From a virus (Duplodnaviria > Caudoviricetes), in IMG/VR virus record IMGVR_UViG_3300031965_000080, positions 1 to 40,450 of that record: a DNA stretch of 40,450 bases. One strand, written 5' to 3'. Shown here piece after piece: positions 23,382 through 31,742 of this stretch. Positions within the stretch are counted from its first letter, which is position 1; each line of letters opens with the position of its first letter. Both the position numbers and the translations under genes were made by a program. The notes beneath the pieces are model-generated. The model was not told the DNA's origin. It ran no database searches and saw nothing but the letters and a program-made list of their open reading frames with translations.

Positions 23382-24017
23382 ATGGATAAGTGGATTAAGG
23401 CAGACCTGGAGGTCAAGGACGACGCTACGGGGACCGTCCAGGCCGCTTTCAGCGTCTTCAACACCATCGACTCTGACGGCGACGTGGTGAAGCCCTCCGC
23501 GTTCAAGGACGGCCAAGAAGTGCCGATGGTCTGGTCGCACATGTGGGACAACCCCGTCGGCAAGGGCACCGTGAAGGTGAGCCGTAAGCAGGCGACGTTT
23601 GACGGGCACTTCTTCCTAGACACGCAGGCCGGTATGGAAGCCTACAAGACGGTCAAGAACATGGGCTCGCTCCAGGAGTGGAGCTTCGGCTTCCGCGTCC
23701 TGGAGGACGAGGAGGGCGACTTCGACGGCCAGCGCGTCCGCTTCTTGAAGGGGCTGGAGTTGTTCGAGGTCAGCCCCGTCTTGGTCGGGGCCAACCGTGA
23801 GACGCGGACGCTGGCGATCAAGGGCGCTGCCCCAGTTATCGCCATCTCTGACCCCGACGCCATGCTCGCTAACGCCCGTGCGATGGTGGCTTATCTGGAG
23901 GGCGCTGAATCTGAATCTGAACCGGAGGGCGGAAAGCAGCCTTTCGAGGAAGAGATCGAACGAGTACGGCGCGAGGAGTTGAGACAGGCGATGCGCCGCG
24001 TATTGGCAAGAGCATAA
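23382..24017 (+). CDS. HK97-family prohead protease
   Basis: GGAGG RBS; DSDGDVV...AF, VPM.WSH, EWSFGF, LFEVSPVLVGAN. Confidence 0.92.
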   Translation: MDKWIKADLEVKDDATGTVQAAFSVFNTIDSDGDVVKPSAFKDGQEVPMVWSHMWDNPVGKGTVKVSRKQATFDGHFFLDTQAGMEAYKTVKNMGSLQEWSFGFRVLEDEEGDFDGQRVRFLKGLELFEVSPVLVGANRETRTLAIKGAAPVIAISDPDAMLANARAMVAYLEGAESESEPEGGKQPFEEEIERVRREELRQAMRRVLARA

Positions 24018-24028
24018 GGAGGGCAACT

Positions 24029-25444
24029 GTGGCAACAGCCACCGATCTAAGAAACGAGGCCCGTGACCTGTTGGGCCGGGCGATGAAGGCCTTGGAGGAG
24101 AAGGACGGCGAATCCTATAGCGCGATCTTCTCCGAGTACCAGGCAAAGGACAAGGAGGCCGATGAGGCCGAGCAGCAGGAAGCGACTCTCAAGGCGGCGA
24201 TGGAGAAGTACGAGCCCGCCAGCGAAGTCCGCAACCTGACTGACGCGTTGGTCAAGGGCCAGGACCCGTCCACGGCGCGCACAGGGGTGTATCTCCACAA
24301 GGAAGGCGCGACGGGCGACTCTTCGGGTAGCTTCGAGGTTATCCCGTTCGCCGATGACAAGACCGAGGGCTGGATCAAGGGCTACCCAGCCTCCGTCCAG
24401 CACCCGGCCATCATCCGGCGGCTGACCCCCGACCTCAAGGTCGCGGCCCAGCAGGAGAACGACGCTTTCTGCAAGTATATCCGCTTCGGCATCCGGTCGC
24501 TCAGTGCAGAGGACCGCAAGGCCCTTATGCGGCTGCGCGACTCAGAGCGGAAGGCGCTGCAGGAGGACACGGACAGCGAGGGCGGCTTCCTGGTTCCGAC
24601 TGATCAGCGCACATCAATCATTCTGGCGAAGGGCGCGATCGGCGGCGTGACCCGCCCGATCTCTACCGTCCTGACCACGACCCGTGACGCCGGCACGATG
24701 CCGGCCTCCACGGACGATGTGACTTGGGCGGCGGTGGCCGAAGAGGCGACGTCATCCGAGAGCAACCCGACGTTCTCTGAGGTCGCGTTCACGATCAAGA
24801 AGTTCATGCGTATCAACAAGGTGTCCGCTGAGCTTCTTGAGGACTCGGCTGTTGACATCGGCTCCCTGTTGACGGGGATGTTCACCCGTTCGCTGGGGAG
24901 GTACGAGGACCAGCAGGCGGTTGAGGGCGACAACTCTACCGAACCGCTGGGCCTTCGCACGACCGGCGCGGCGCAGGGCAACGTTGGGGACATCACCGAC
25001 CTCCTGACCCTGGCCTACCCGACAGCGGTGGAGGTCATCGCCGCGTTCTATGAACTCCCCGCGCAGTGGCGGGCGAACGCGACCTGGCACACCACCAGCT
25101 CCTTCATGGGCTTGCTGGCAGGCATCGGATCGACTGCCGCCGGCATTCACACCTTCTCGGAGCTGATGAACTCCGAGCCCACCCCGCGTCTTCTCGGCCG
25201 CCCCATCGTCTTCTTCGACGGCACCGGGTGGGATAACGGCGCGGCGGTGGCGGCGAACGAAGAGGTGGGGGCTATCGGCGACTTCTCCATGTACTACTTC
25301 GTTGACCGCGTGGGCATGAGCATCCGGCGGCTTGACGAGCTGTATGCGGGGAACGACCAGGTGGGCTTCGCGGCGCGGGTGCGCTACGACTCCCTGTTCG
25401 CCGAGAACGACGCTTTCCGCATCTTGAAGGGCGCCGCCAGCTAG
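24029..25444 (+). CDS. Major capsid protein (HK97 fold with delta domain)
   Basis: AAGGAGG RBS; EGGFLVP, VSAELLEDS, G....P.G, LLGRPI, GDFS.Y, DQVGF..R.R.D. Confidence 0.93.
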   Translation: MATATDLRNEARDLLGRAMKALEEKDGESYSAIFSEYQAKDKEADEAEQQEATLKAAMEKYEPASEVRNLTDALVKGQDPSTARTGVYLHKEGATGDSSGSFEVIPFADDKTEGWIKGYPASVQHPAIIRRLTPDLKVAAQQENDAFCKYIRFGIRSLSAEDRKALMRLRDSERKALQEDTDSEGGFLVPTDQRTSIILAKGAIGGVTRPISTVLTTTRDAGTMPASTDDVTWAAVAEEATSSESNPTFSEVAFTIKKFMRINKVSAELLEDSAVDIGSLLTGMFTRSLGRYEDQQAVEGDNSTEPLGLRTTGAAQGNVGDITDLLTLAYPTAVEVIAAFYELPAQWRANATWHTTSSFMGLLAGIGSTAAGIHTFSELMNSEPTPRLLGRPIVFFDGTGWDNGAAVAANEEVGAIGDFSMYYFVDRVGMSIRRLDELYAGNDQVGFAARVRYDSLFAENDAFRILKGAAS

Positions 25445-25454
25445 TTGACCGAAA

Positions 25455-25476
25455 GGGGGCCGGTCACCCGGCCCCC
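25455..25476 (+). terminator. GC hairpin after the capsid gene (no U tract)
   Basis: GGGGGCCGG-TCAC-CCGGCCCCC. Confidence 0.45.
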
Positions 25477-25500
25477 GCCAACCTTGAATAAGGAGGAAAC

Positions 25501-25890
25501 ATGGGCGCAAGAATGAGCCCAGCGCATAACCCGGTAGGAGCGTTGACGGCTGTTGAGGTGAACGTTCCGAAGTCCGACACCACAGGCACCACCCGTGACG
25601 GGCTGGGGGTAGACCTGGCGGGCAAGCGGGGCTGCTACTTCGTGGTGGCGACGGGAGCCCTAACCGGGCTGGCCACGGTAGCGGCCTACGTTCAGGAGTC
25701 CACGGACAACACCAACTTCACCAACGTCAACGTCACCACGTACCCCGACGCGACACTGGCGGCCTCCAACGCTGCCTCTGGAGTTCGGGAGATGTGGGTC
25801 AGGCGTGACCAGGTAGCCCAGTATGTCCGCGTGCAGCTGGTGATCGCTGCCAACACCGCTCTCACAAGCTGCGTGGCGGTGGCGTACTAG
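25501..25890 (+). CDS. Capsid decoration / cement-like protein
   Basis: Directly after the capsid gene; VQES.DNT.F..V...YVRV jelly-roll-like pattern. Confidence 0.6.
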   Translation: MGARMSPAHNPVGALTAVEVNVPKSDTTGTTRDGLGVDLAGKRGCYFVVATGALTGLATVAAYVQESTDNTNFTNVNVTTYPDATLAASNAASGVREMWVRRDQVAQYVRVQLVIAANTALTSCVAVAY

Positions 25891-26147
25891 TGCGGGTACG
25901 GCTTCTGGTACAGACCGACGTCCGCGTAGCTGGCGAGCGAAAGGCGCTGTTCGACGGGCAGGCGTATAACCTGCCCGTCGAACTTGCCGAAGAGCTGATC
26001 GCAACGGGTAAGGCGGTGAGCTTGGAGCCTACGTTTCAAGAAGCTCCTGTTTATCAGCCTGAGCGGATTGAGGAGAAGGCCGTCCACGGGCCGCCGGAAG
26101 ACAAGGCGCTGAAACCAGCCAAACGCAAGTACAGAAGGCGAGGGTAG
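25890..26147 (+). CDS. Small head-associated protein
   Basis: A.ELIA.GKA motif and basic tail typical of post-capsid genes. Confidence 0.55.
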   Translation: MRVRLLVQTDVRVAGERKALFDGQAYNLPVELAEELIATGKAVSLEPTFQEAPVYQPERIEEKAVHGPPEDKALKPAKRKYRRRG

Positions 26148-26166
26148 CTATACGCCGCTCACATAC

Positions 26167-27000
26167 TTGGCCACCCCGATCTGGCGATACTACGACGTTC
26201 GCGCAGCGCAGGCGATGGTCGCCGCAATCGCCACCCGTGCCCCAGTTGACGACATGTACTGGGAGGCGCTGGATGGCGACGCCCTGATCTTCCGCTCGCG
26301 CTCCATCCTGGCGACCAAGATGCTCAGGGAGCCGATGCTGGAAGGTGCGGATATCATGGTCATTCTTGACGATGATGTTCAGTTCCTTCCCGACGACCTG
26401 GAGAGGATCATCCGTCAGGCGCGAGAACTACAGGAACCCGTGGGCGGGATGTACGTCACTCGTTCCCGTGAGCCACACATCGCGTCCCTGCTCTGGCCGA
26501 ACCAGTCCATCCTCTTCGGCCCCGGCCAAGAACTTGTGAATGTGCGGTATCTGGCGACGGGTTTCATGGCGATCCCCCGTGTGGTGCTGGAGAAGATGCT
26601 GGCGCATCCCGGCTTCCAGACGGTTCACGGAACGGAGCCGCTGGTCTTCTATGAGCAGGGCGTGGGCGACAATCCCCTCTGGGACTTCTTCCGGCCCTTC
26701 GGCATCAGGGAGGGCGACACGCTCCGGGCGGCAGGCTACGAGAACGCCGACGAACGCAACCATATTCTCTCAGAAGACTGGGCCTTCTGCGAACGCGCCC
26801 GGCAGTGCGGCTTTCAGATATGGGCCGACCCGACGATCATCCTTCAGCACCGCGCCATCGTCTCGGTGACGGTGAACGACCTCGGCGTCAAGCACGGGAT
26901 GTTGAGCACGGAAGGGGCTCCGGCGCAGGGGAGGTCTGTTCTCGCGGTCGCCGGTCAAGAGGTAGGCAGCCATCAGGAAGCATTGGTGACGAAGACGTGA
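26167..27000 (+). CDS. GT-A fold glycosyltransferase
   Basis: ILDDDVQF (DxD), ATGFMAI.R.V, SEDWAFCERAR..GFQIWAD....L.H. Confidence 0.85.
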   Translation: MATPIWRYYDVRAAQAMVAAIATRAPVDDMYWEALDGDALIFRSRSILATKMLREPMLEGADIMVILDDDVQFLPDDLERIIRQARELQEPVGGMYVTRSREPHIASLLWPNQSILFGPGQELVNVRYLATGFMAIPRVVLEKMLAHPGFQTVHGTEPLVFYEQGVGDNPLWDFFRPFGIREGDTLRAAGYENADERNHILSEDWAFCERARQCGFQIWADPTIILQHRAIVSVTVNDLGVKHGMLSTEGAPAQGRSVLAVAGQEVGSHQEALVTKT

Positions 27001-27602
27001 GTCTGAACACGAAGAACGCTGGGGCTCTAACCCGTTCGCGGAGCCGGTTTGCGGACATGCAGGAGGCGGAGTTCGCCTGGTGGAAGAACTACCTCCGGCA
27101 CCCAACGGCGAAACAGCGGATGCTCGCCCTCTACGGGACGCGATATTACCCGTACCTTTTCGCTGAGATGATGGACGCTGGCCGCACGGTTGAGATCGGG
27201 TCGGGGCCGCTGCCGGTGATGGAGACAATGCTCTACGACCGGGGCGTGGCCATCGACACGCTGGGCCCGCGCTACAAGGCGGAGCAGCTGACGACATGGG
27301 AGATTCTGCCTAACCACGAGGCCATTGAGTCCGAGTGGGCCGATACCGTGCTCCTGCTGAACGTGCTGGACCACACCGACCAGCCGGAGGCCCTGGTAGC
27401 GCAGGCCCACCGCCTACTCCGTGACGGCGGCAGAGCGCTGGTGTTCGTCCACCTGGGTCCTGGAGACGATAAGCATATCCCGATTAGCGCGGAGCAGGTC
27501 ACGGCCTGGCTAGGCGCTTTCACCGTGGAACGCGCTGCTGTGCTCCCGGCGACTTCGTATGACCCCCCTGCCTATGTAGCCGTGGCGGTGAAGCATGGGT
27601 AA
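26997..27602 (+). CDS. Class I SAM-dependent methyltransferase
   Basis: VEIGSGP (motif I), AID, D.V.LLNVLDH, RLLRDGG. Confidence 0.82.
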   Translation: MSLNTKNAGALTRSRSRFADMQEAEFAWWKNYLRHPTAKQRMLALYGTRYYPYLFAEMMDAGRTVEIGSGPLPVMETMLYDRGVAIDTLGPRYKAEQLTTWEILPNHEAIESEWADTVLLLNVLDHTDQPEALVAQAHRLLRDGGRALVFVHLGPGDDKHIPISAEQVTAWLGAFTVERAAVLPATSYDPPAYVAVAVKHG

Positions 27603-28689
27603 CTGGTACGCAACCCGCGAACAGCTAAAGCGCGCTGCCGAGATCAAGGGCTCCGACCAGGACACGCAAGTTGACCGCCATATTGAGGCGGCGTCGCGGC
27701 ACATCGATAGAGTGCTGGGGTTGCGCGGGGGTGTGTTCATTCCCAAGACGCAGACGCGCAACTTTGAATGGCCACAGGATACTGACGTTGAGGGCCGTCA
27801 CCGCAACGGCTACACGCTGTTCCTTGACGAACACCTAATCTCCATCTCAGGCGTGACTCGTGACGGGGACACAGCGACGGCTATTCCGACTGCTGACATC
27901 TTCCTTGAGCCTGCGAACGAGGGGCCGCCCTACACCCGTTTGGAGCTTGACCGTTCCTCCACCGACGCTGACGCGACGTTCGCCTCCACGATTAGCACGA
28001 CGAACCAGCGCGCCGTGCGCGTGGCCGGTTCCTGGGGCTACAACAGCGCGACGGAGGCGGCGGGGACCGTCTCTTCGGGGTTGGCCTCGGACGCCGCGGC
28101 AACCTCAATGGTCTGCTCGAACGCAGCGCTGATTGACGTGGGCGACACCCTCCTCATTGAGAGCGAGCAGGTGTTCGTCTCTGAGCGGGCGTTCGCCGCG
28201 CTGGGCGCGATCCTTGTTAGCGACGCCGCTATCACGGCGGATATGACTGACAACACGATCACCGTGGACGGCTCGCACGGCTTGGTGGCCGGGGAGATTA
28301 TCAAGCTGGACTCAGAGGAAATCTACATCACCAGCGTCGCCACGAACGTACTCTCTGTCATCCGCGCCTACAACGGCACCGCATTGGCGGCGCACGCTGA
28401 TGATACCGCCGTTCAGGTGGCGCGGACCTTGACCATTGTGCGGGCACAGAACGGCACTACAGGGGCGACGCACGCCAACGCCACGGCAATCAACAAGTAC
28501 GCCGTGCCGAAGGACGTTAACGAATACGCCGTCGCCAGGTCGCTCCATGCTTTCACGCAGGACGAGGGGCGATGGACGGGCGTTGTCGGCGCGGGGGACT
28601 CTGCCGTGGAGCTGCGCGGGCGGATTCTCAACCAGATGGAGGCCGCGCTAATGGTCAAGTACGACCGGCCTCTGGCGAGGGTGCTGTGA
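27595..28689 (+). CDS. Head-tail adaptor (gp6/gp15-like) with inserted beta domains
   Basis: YAT..QLK..IEAASR.ID, V.V.G.WGY, VP.DV; two G..I.I.SE...V.RA.NGT..A.HA units inserted. Confidence 0.75.
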   Translation: MGNWYATREQLKRAAEIKGSDQDTQVDRHIEAASRHIDRVLGLRGGVFIPKTQTRNFEWPQDTDVEGRHRNGYTLFLDEHLISISGVTRDGDTATAIPTADIFLEPANEGPPYTRLELDRSSTDADATFASTISTTNQRAVRVAGSWGYNSATEAAGTVSSGLASDAAATSMVCSNAALIDVGDTLLIESEQVFVSERAFAALGAILVSDAAITADMTDNTITVDGSHGLVAGEIIKLDSEEIYITSVATNVLSVIRAYNGTALAAHADDTAVQVARTLTIVRAQNGTTGATHANATAINKYAVPKDVNEYAVARSLHAFTQDEGRWTGVVGAGDSAVELRGRILNQMEAALMVKYDRPLARVL

Positions 28690-29108
28690 ACCTGAATGTG
28701 AAGGTGTCGGGGCCGTTCTTCAGCCTGGGGCCGAAGCCTGTTCTCGACTCACTCCATGCCGCCATTCAGGAAACGGTGCTCACGGGCGAGGGCTTGGCTG
28801 TGGCGATGGCGCAGCCGCGAGAGCGCGGCGGGGTGTTCCATTCGGGTGCCTACGCCGCTGCCCATGGCTACCGCCACACGGGGCACTACGCCCGCTCAAT
28901 CAATGGCCGGATGGTGGGCTCCCTGAACGGCGTTATTAGCGACTCAGGCGTCGTATACGGTCCCTGGCTTGAAGGCGTGGGCAGCCGCAACGAGACGACT
29001 CGGTTCAAGGGGTACGCGATATTCCGCCGCACCCGTGACAAGCTTCAGAAGCTCGGCGGCGAGATACTAAACCGTCACGTCAGGAAAGCACTGGACAGGT
29101 TGCGCTAG
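28686..29108 (+). CDS. Tail completion protein (HK97 gp10-like)
   Basis: TG.Y.RSI...VYGPWLEG.G. Confidence 0.65.
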   Translation: MNLNVKVSGPFFSLGPKPVLDSLHAAIQETVLTGEGLAVAMAQPRERGGVFHSGAYAAAHGYRHTGHYARSINGRMVGSLNGVISDSGVVYGPWLEGVGSRNETTRFKGYAIFRRTRDKLQKLGGEILNRHVRKALDRLR

Positions 29109-29555
29109 ATGGCGTTCAATCCCCAGGGCCTGCTCCAGAAGACGCACAGCTTCCTGGCGGCATCTGCTCGCTTCCCTGGCGGTGCCTTTATCGGGGAGCC
29201 TAAAGCCCCGCCAACGGCCTTAGCCGCTGCCGTCATGCTGGCCTCGGTCGGCATCCCTGAGATAACGCTGACTCATGCGCAGGGGCTCTTGAACCTGAGC
29301 GTCAGGCTCTACCATGACGCCTTCGCTACGCCGCTTGAGGATACGGAGATAGTGATGGCGCAGGCCGTCTTCGAGTTGATTGAGGACTTCTGCGGCGACT
29401 TCAATTTCAGCGACGCGAACGTGCGGAATCTGAAACCCACGGACTTGACGGTCACGTTCGGCTATCAGCAGATCGGCGGGGACGCAGGCAAGATGTTCCG
29501 CATTGCGGACATCTCAATCCCGCTCCTCGTCAACGATGTGGCGGTGTTCGGCTAG
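29109..29555 (+). CDS. Tail terminator protein (putative)
   Basis: Position and size before the tail tube genes. Confidence 0.55.
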   Translation: MAFNPQGLLQKTHSFLAASARFPGGAFIGEPKAPPTALAAAVMLASVGIPEITLTHAQGLLNLSVRLYHDAFATPLEDTEIVMAQAVFELIEDFCGDFNFSDANVRNLKPTDLTVTFGYQQIGGDAGKMFRIADISIPLLVNDVAVFG

Positions 29556-29564
29556 GAGGCGACT

Positions 29565-30314
29565 ATGGCCAAGCAATCTGGACTCGGCGACAACTTCTAT
29601 GTAGGCGGCTCAGACCTGTCCGGCGACGTGGGGGCGGTGCAGACTATCCGCTCCTCGGTGAACCCGCTCGTCGTGACGGGGCTCGACAAGAGCGCCCACG
29701 AGCGCATCTTCGGCCAGTACGACGGCGAGATTTCGTTCAACAGCTTCTTTAACGACGCCGCCCTTGCCGAACACGCAGAACTCAAGCTCTTACCCAGGAC
29801 GGACACGCTTGTTTCCTACTTCCGGGGTACGGCGCTGGGCGGTGAGTCCGCCTGCCTCACGGGGAAGCAGATCAACTATGACCCGTCACGCACAGCGGAT
29901 GGCGGGCTGATCTTCAGCGTTCAGGCGCTGTCCAACGCCTACGGGCTGGAGTGGGGAAAGTCGCTTACGGCCGGCAAGCGGACGGACACGGTGGCCACCG
30001 CGCCGGCCACAGGCGTTGATTTCACGGACGTATCAACCGCGTTCGGGATGGCGGCGTACCTGCACGTTTTCTCATTCACCGGAACGTCCGTAACCATGCG
30101 GATACAGGACTCCGCTGACAACTCAACGTTTGCCAACATCACGGGGCTAGGCGCGTTCCCTGCTGCAACGGGTTCAACCTTTGAGCGGCAGGAGACAGAC
30201 ACGCTAGCGCGTACCATCCGTCGCTACCTCAAGGTCAACACGACGGGAACATTCAGCGAATGCACGTTCGCGGTGGTGGCGGTTCGCTACTACGCAGCGG
30301 ACAGGGCTTTGTAA
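29565..30314 (+). CDS. Tail tube-like protein with a C-terminal decoration domain
   Basis: DLSGDV......VTGLDKS..ERI.G..DG.I...FFND; C-terminus resembles 25501-25890. Confidence 0.7.
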   Translation: MAKQSGLGDNFYVGGSDLSGDVGAVQTIRSSVNPLVVTGLDKSAHERIFGQYDGEISFNSFFNDAALAEHAELKLLPRTDTLVSYFRGTALGGESACLTGKQINYDPSRTADGGLIFSVQALSNAYGLEWGKSLTAGKRTDTVATAPATGVDFTDVSTAFGMAAYLHVFSFTGTSVTMRIQDSADNSTFANITGLGAFPAATGSTFERQETDTLARTIRRYLKVNTTGTFSECTFAVVAVRYYAADRAL

Positions 30315-30340
30315 ACGGGTTAGTAAAGGAGGGTTAGCAA

Positions 30341-30757
30341 TTGGCTAAGGAAAGTGGTCTTCCGTCCACGCTCTCGGTGGATGACAGCGGCGGCACGCTC
30401 AGGGACATCTCTAACGATGTCACGTCCGTCACGATCAACACCCCATCGGGTGTTCAGGACGTGACAGGGCTGGACAAGAGCGGGATGGAGCGTTTGCTGT
30501 TGCTGGCCGACGGGTCCGGCACCATCAACGGCGTGTTCAACGACGCCGCCACCACGGGCTCGCACACCGTCCTGAAGAACTACCGGACGATTCTGGCGGG
30601 CCAGGTGGGGCGGACGCTGACATTCGCCGTCAGCGGGCAGACGCTAACGATGGAGGTCATCTTCACGAGCTATGACCTGAACCGGGCGGCGGACGGCTCG
30701 TTGACGTTCTCAGCGCCGTTCCAGCTCTCGAATGGGACTGTTCCGGCCTGGAGCTAG
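30341..30757 (+). CDS. Major tail tube protein
   Basis: AAAGGAGG RBS; DISNDV...DVTGLDKSGMER....DG.......FND. Confidence 0.75.
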   Translation: MAKESGLPSTLSVDDSGGTLRDISNDVTSVTINTPSGVQDVTGLDKSGMERLLLLADGSGTINGVFNDAATTGSHTVLKNYRTILAGQVGRTLTFAVSGQTLTMEVIFTSYDLNRAADGSLTFSAPFQLSNGTVPAWS

Positions 30758-31107
30758 CGGTCATCGTAATACGGAGAAAAAGGCGGTGAGTCGCCCAGAT
30801 ATCCGGCCTCAGCGCAGGCATCGCCCATTGCGAATTGAATCAGGGCCTTGTCGCTGGCCGTGGCATTGGGCACGAGTTCTGATACCACGAGCCAATAGTC
30901 CGGCTCGCAGAACAAGTCTGGGTCCGCAGCGCCAATATCGGACTGAGCTTGGCGCAGAAAGGCGTTGTAAAGCTGCTGCCGGATATCTGGAGGGGCTGAT
31001 GATGCCGGTGTTGCGGATTCATTGCTGGAACCGAGAGCGGCGATGACAACAACCATGATCATTAGGCCCGCTCCCACAAATGCGGCAACCCGCCAATTGT
31101 TAAGCAT
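30754..31107 (-). CDS. Membrane-anchored moron protein, antisense within the tail operon
   Basis: AAAGGAGG RBS; extended -10 TGCTATACT; N-terminal TM, Ser/Pro linker, two Cys. Confidence 0.65.
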   Translation of the reverse strand: MLNNWRVAAFVGAGLMIMVVVIAALGSSNESATPASSAPPDIRQQLYNAFLRQAQSDIGAADPDLFCEPDYWLVVSELVPNATASDKALIQFAMGDACAEAGYLGDSPPFSPYYDDR

Positions 31108-31152
31108 GACATCCCCTCCTTTCGGGGATATCAGTATAGCACCGGAGTCAAG

Positions 31153-31557
31153 ATGGTGACGAAAGCGAAGCGGCCAGCGGTAGACAACGGCCACGGCCTC
31201 AAGATGCCGGTCAAGGTCGTCCGCCTGTCATTTGACGAGGATGGGTACGAGGGTTTCCTCTGCGACCGGCGCACGAACCTGCCTATCGGCACGAACCGGC
31301 AGCTTGCCGAAGCCGCCGACGGCAGCGAAGAGGCCGTCTATCGGGGCTTGCTCTTGCAGGTCTACCCCTGGTGGAACTTCGCGGACGAAGACGGGGAGCC
31401 GATACCGCATAGCGTGGAAGGCTTTGACTTTATCCCTGATGACCTTCTGATCGCTATGTTCCGCCGTGGAGCCGAGGCTCTGCGAGAGGCGGTGATGCCT
31501 GTCCCTTTAGGAACCGGATCATCGGACGCGCACAGCGAGAGCGAGCTGGAGTCCTGA
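31153..31557 (+). CDS. Tail assembly chaperone (gpG-like)
   Basis: WNF.DEDGEPIP motif; located before the tape measure gene. Confidence 0.8.
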   Translation: MVTKAKRPAVDNGHGLKMPVKVVRLSFDEDGYEGFLCDRRTNLPIGTNRQLAEAADGSEEAVYRGLLLQVYPWWNFADEDGEPIPHSVEGFDFIPDDLLIAMFRRGAEALREAVMPVPLGTGSSDAHSESELES

Positions 31558-31742
31558 CCGATGCGGACCAGGACGTTTTCGGCTGCTATCCGGAATGGGC
31601 GCTCCGCAAGGTGGCGGCGCACTATAACCGCCCCTGGTGGGAGCTGTTAGACGTGAGGGAGGACTGGATGGCGGAGGAAGCGGAGCTGCTGGACGTGCGA
31701 CAAGAGATAGCGGCGATGGAGCGGGATAAGTGGCGAACGTAG
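31503..31742 (+). CDS. Tail chaperone -1 frameshift extension (gpGT-like)
   Basis: In-frame slippery heptamer C CCT TTA at 31503-31509; the -1 frame is open for 77 codons to TAG 31740-31742 and contains RPWWELL. Confidence 0.75.
   Translation, partial: PFRNRIIGRAQRERAGVLTDADQDVFGCYPEWALRKVAAHYNRPWWELLDVREDWMAEEAELLDVRQEIAAMERDKWRT

Noticed and set aside
24752-25510. Long antisense ORFs over the capsid, methyltransferase, portal and tape measure genes
   Set aside because: Expected from GC-rich codon bias; no RBS or recognisable motifs.
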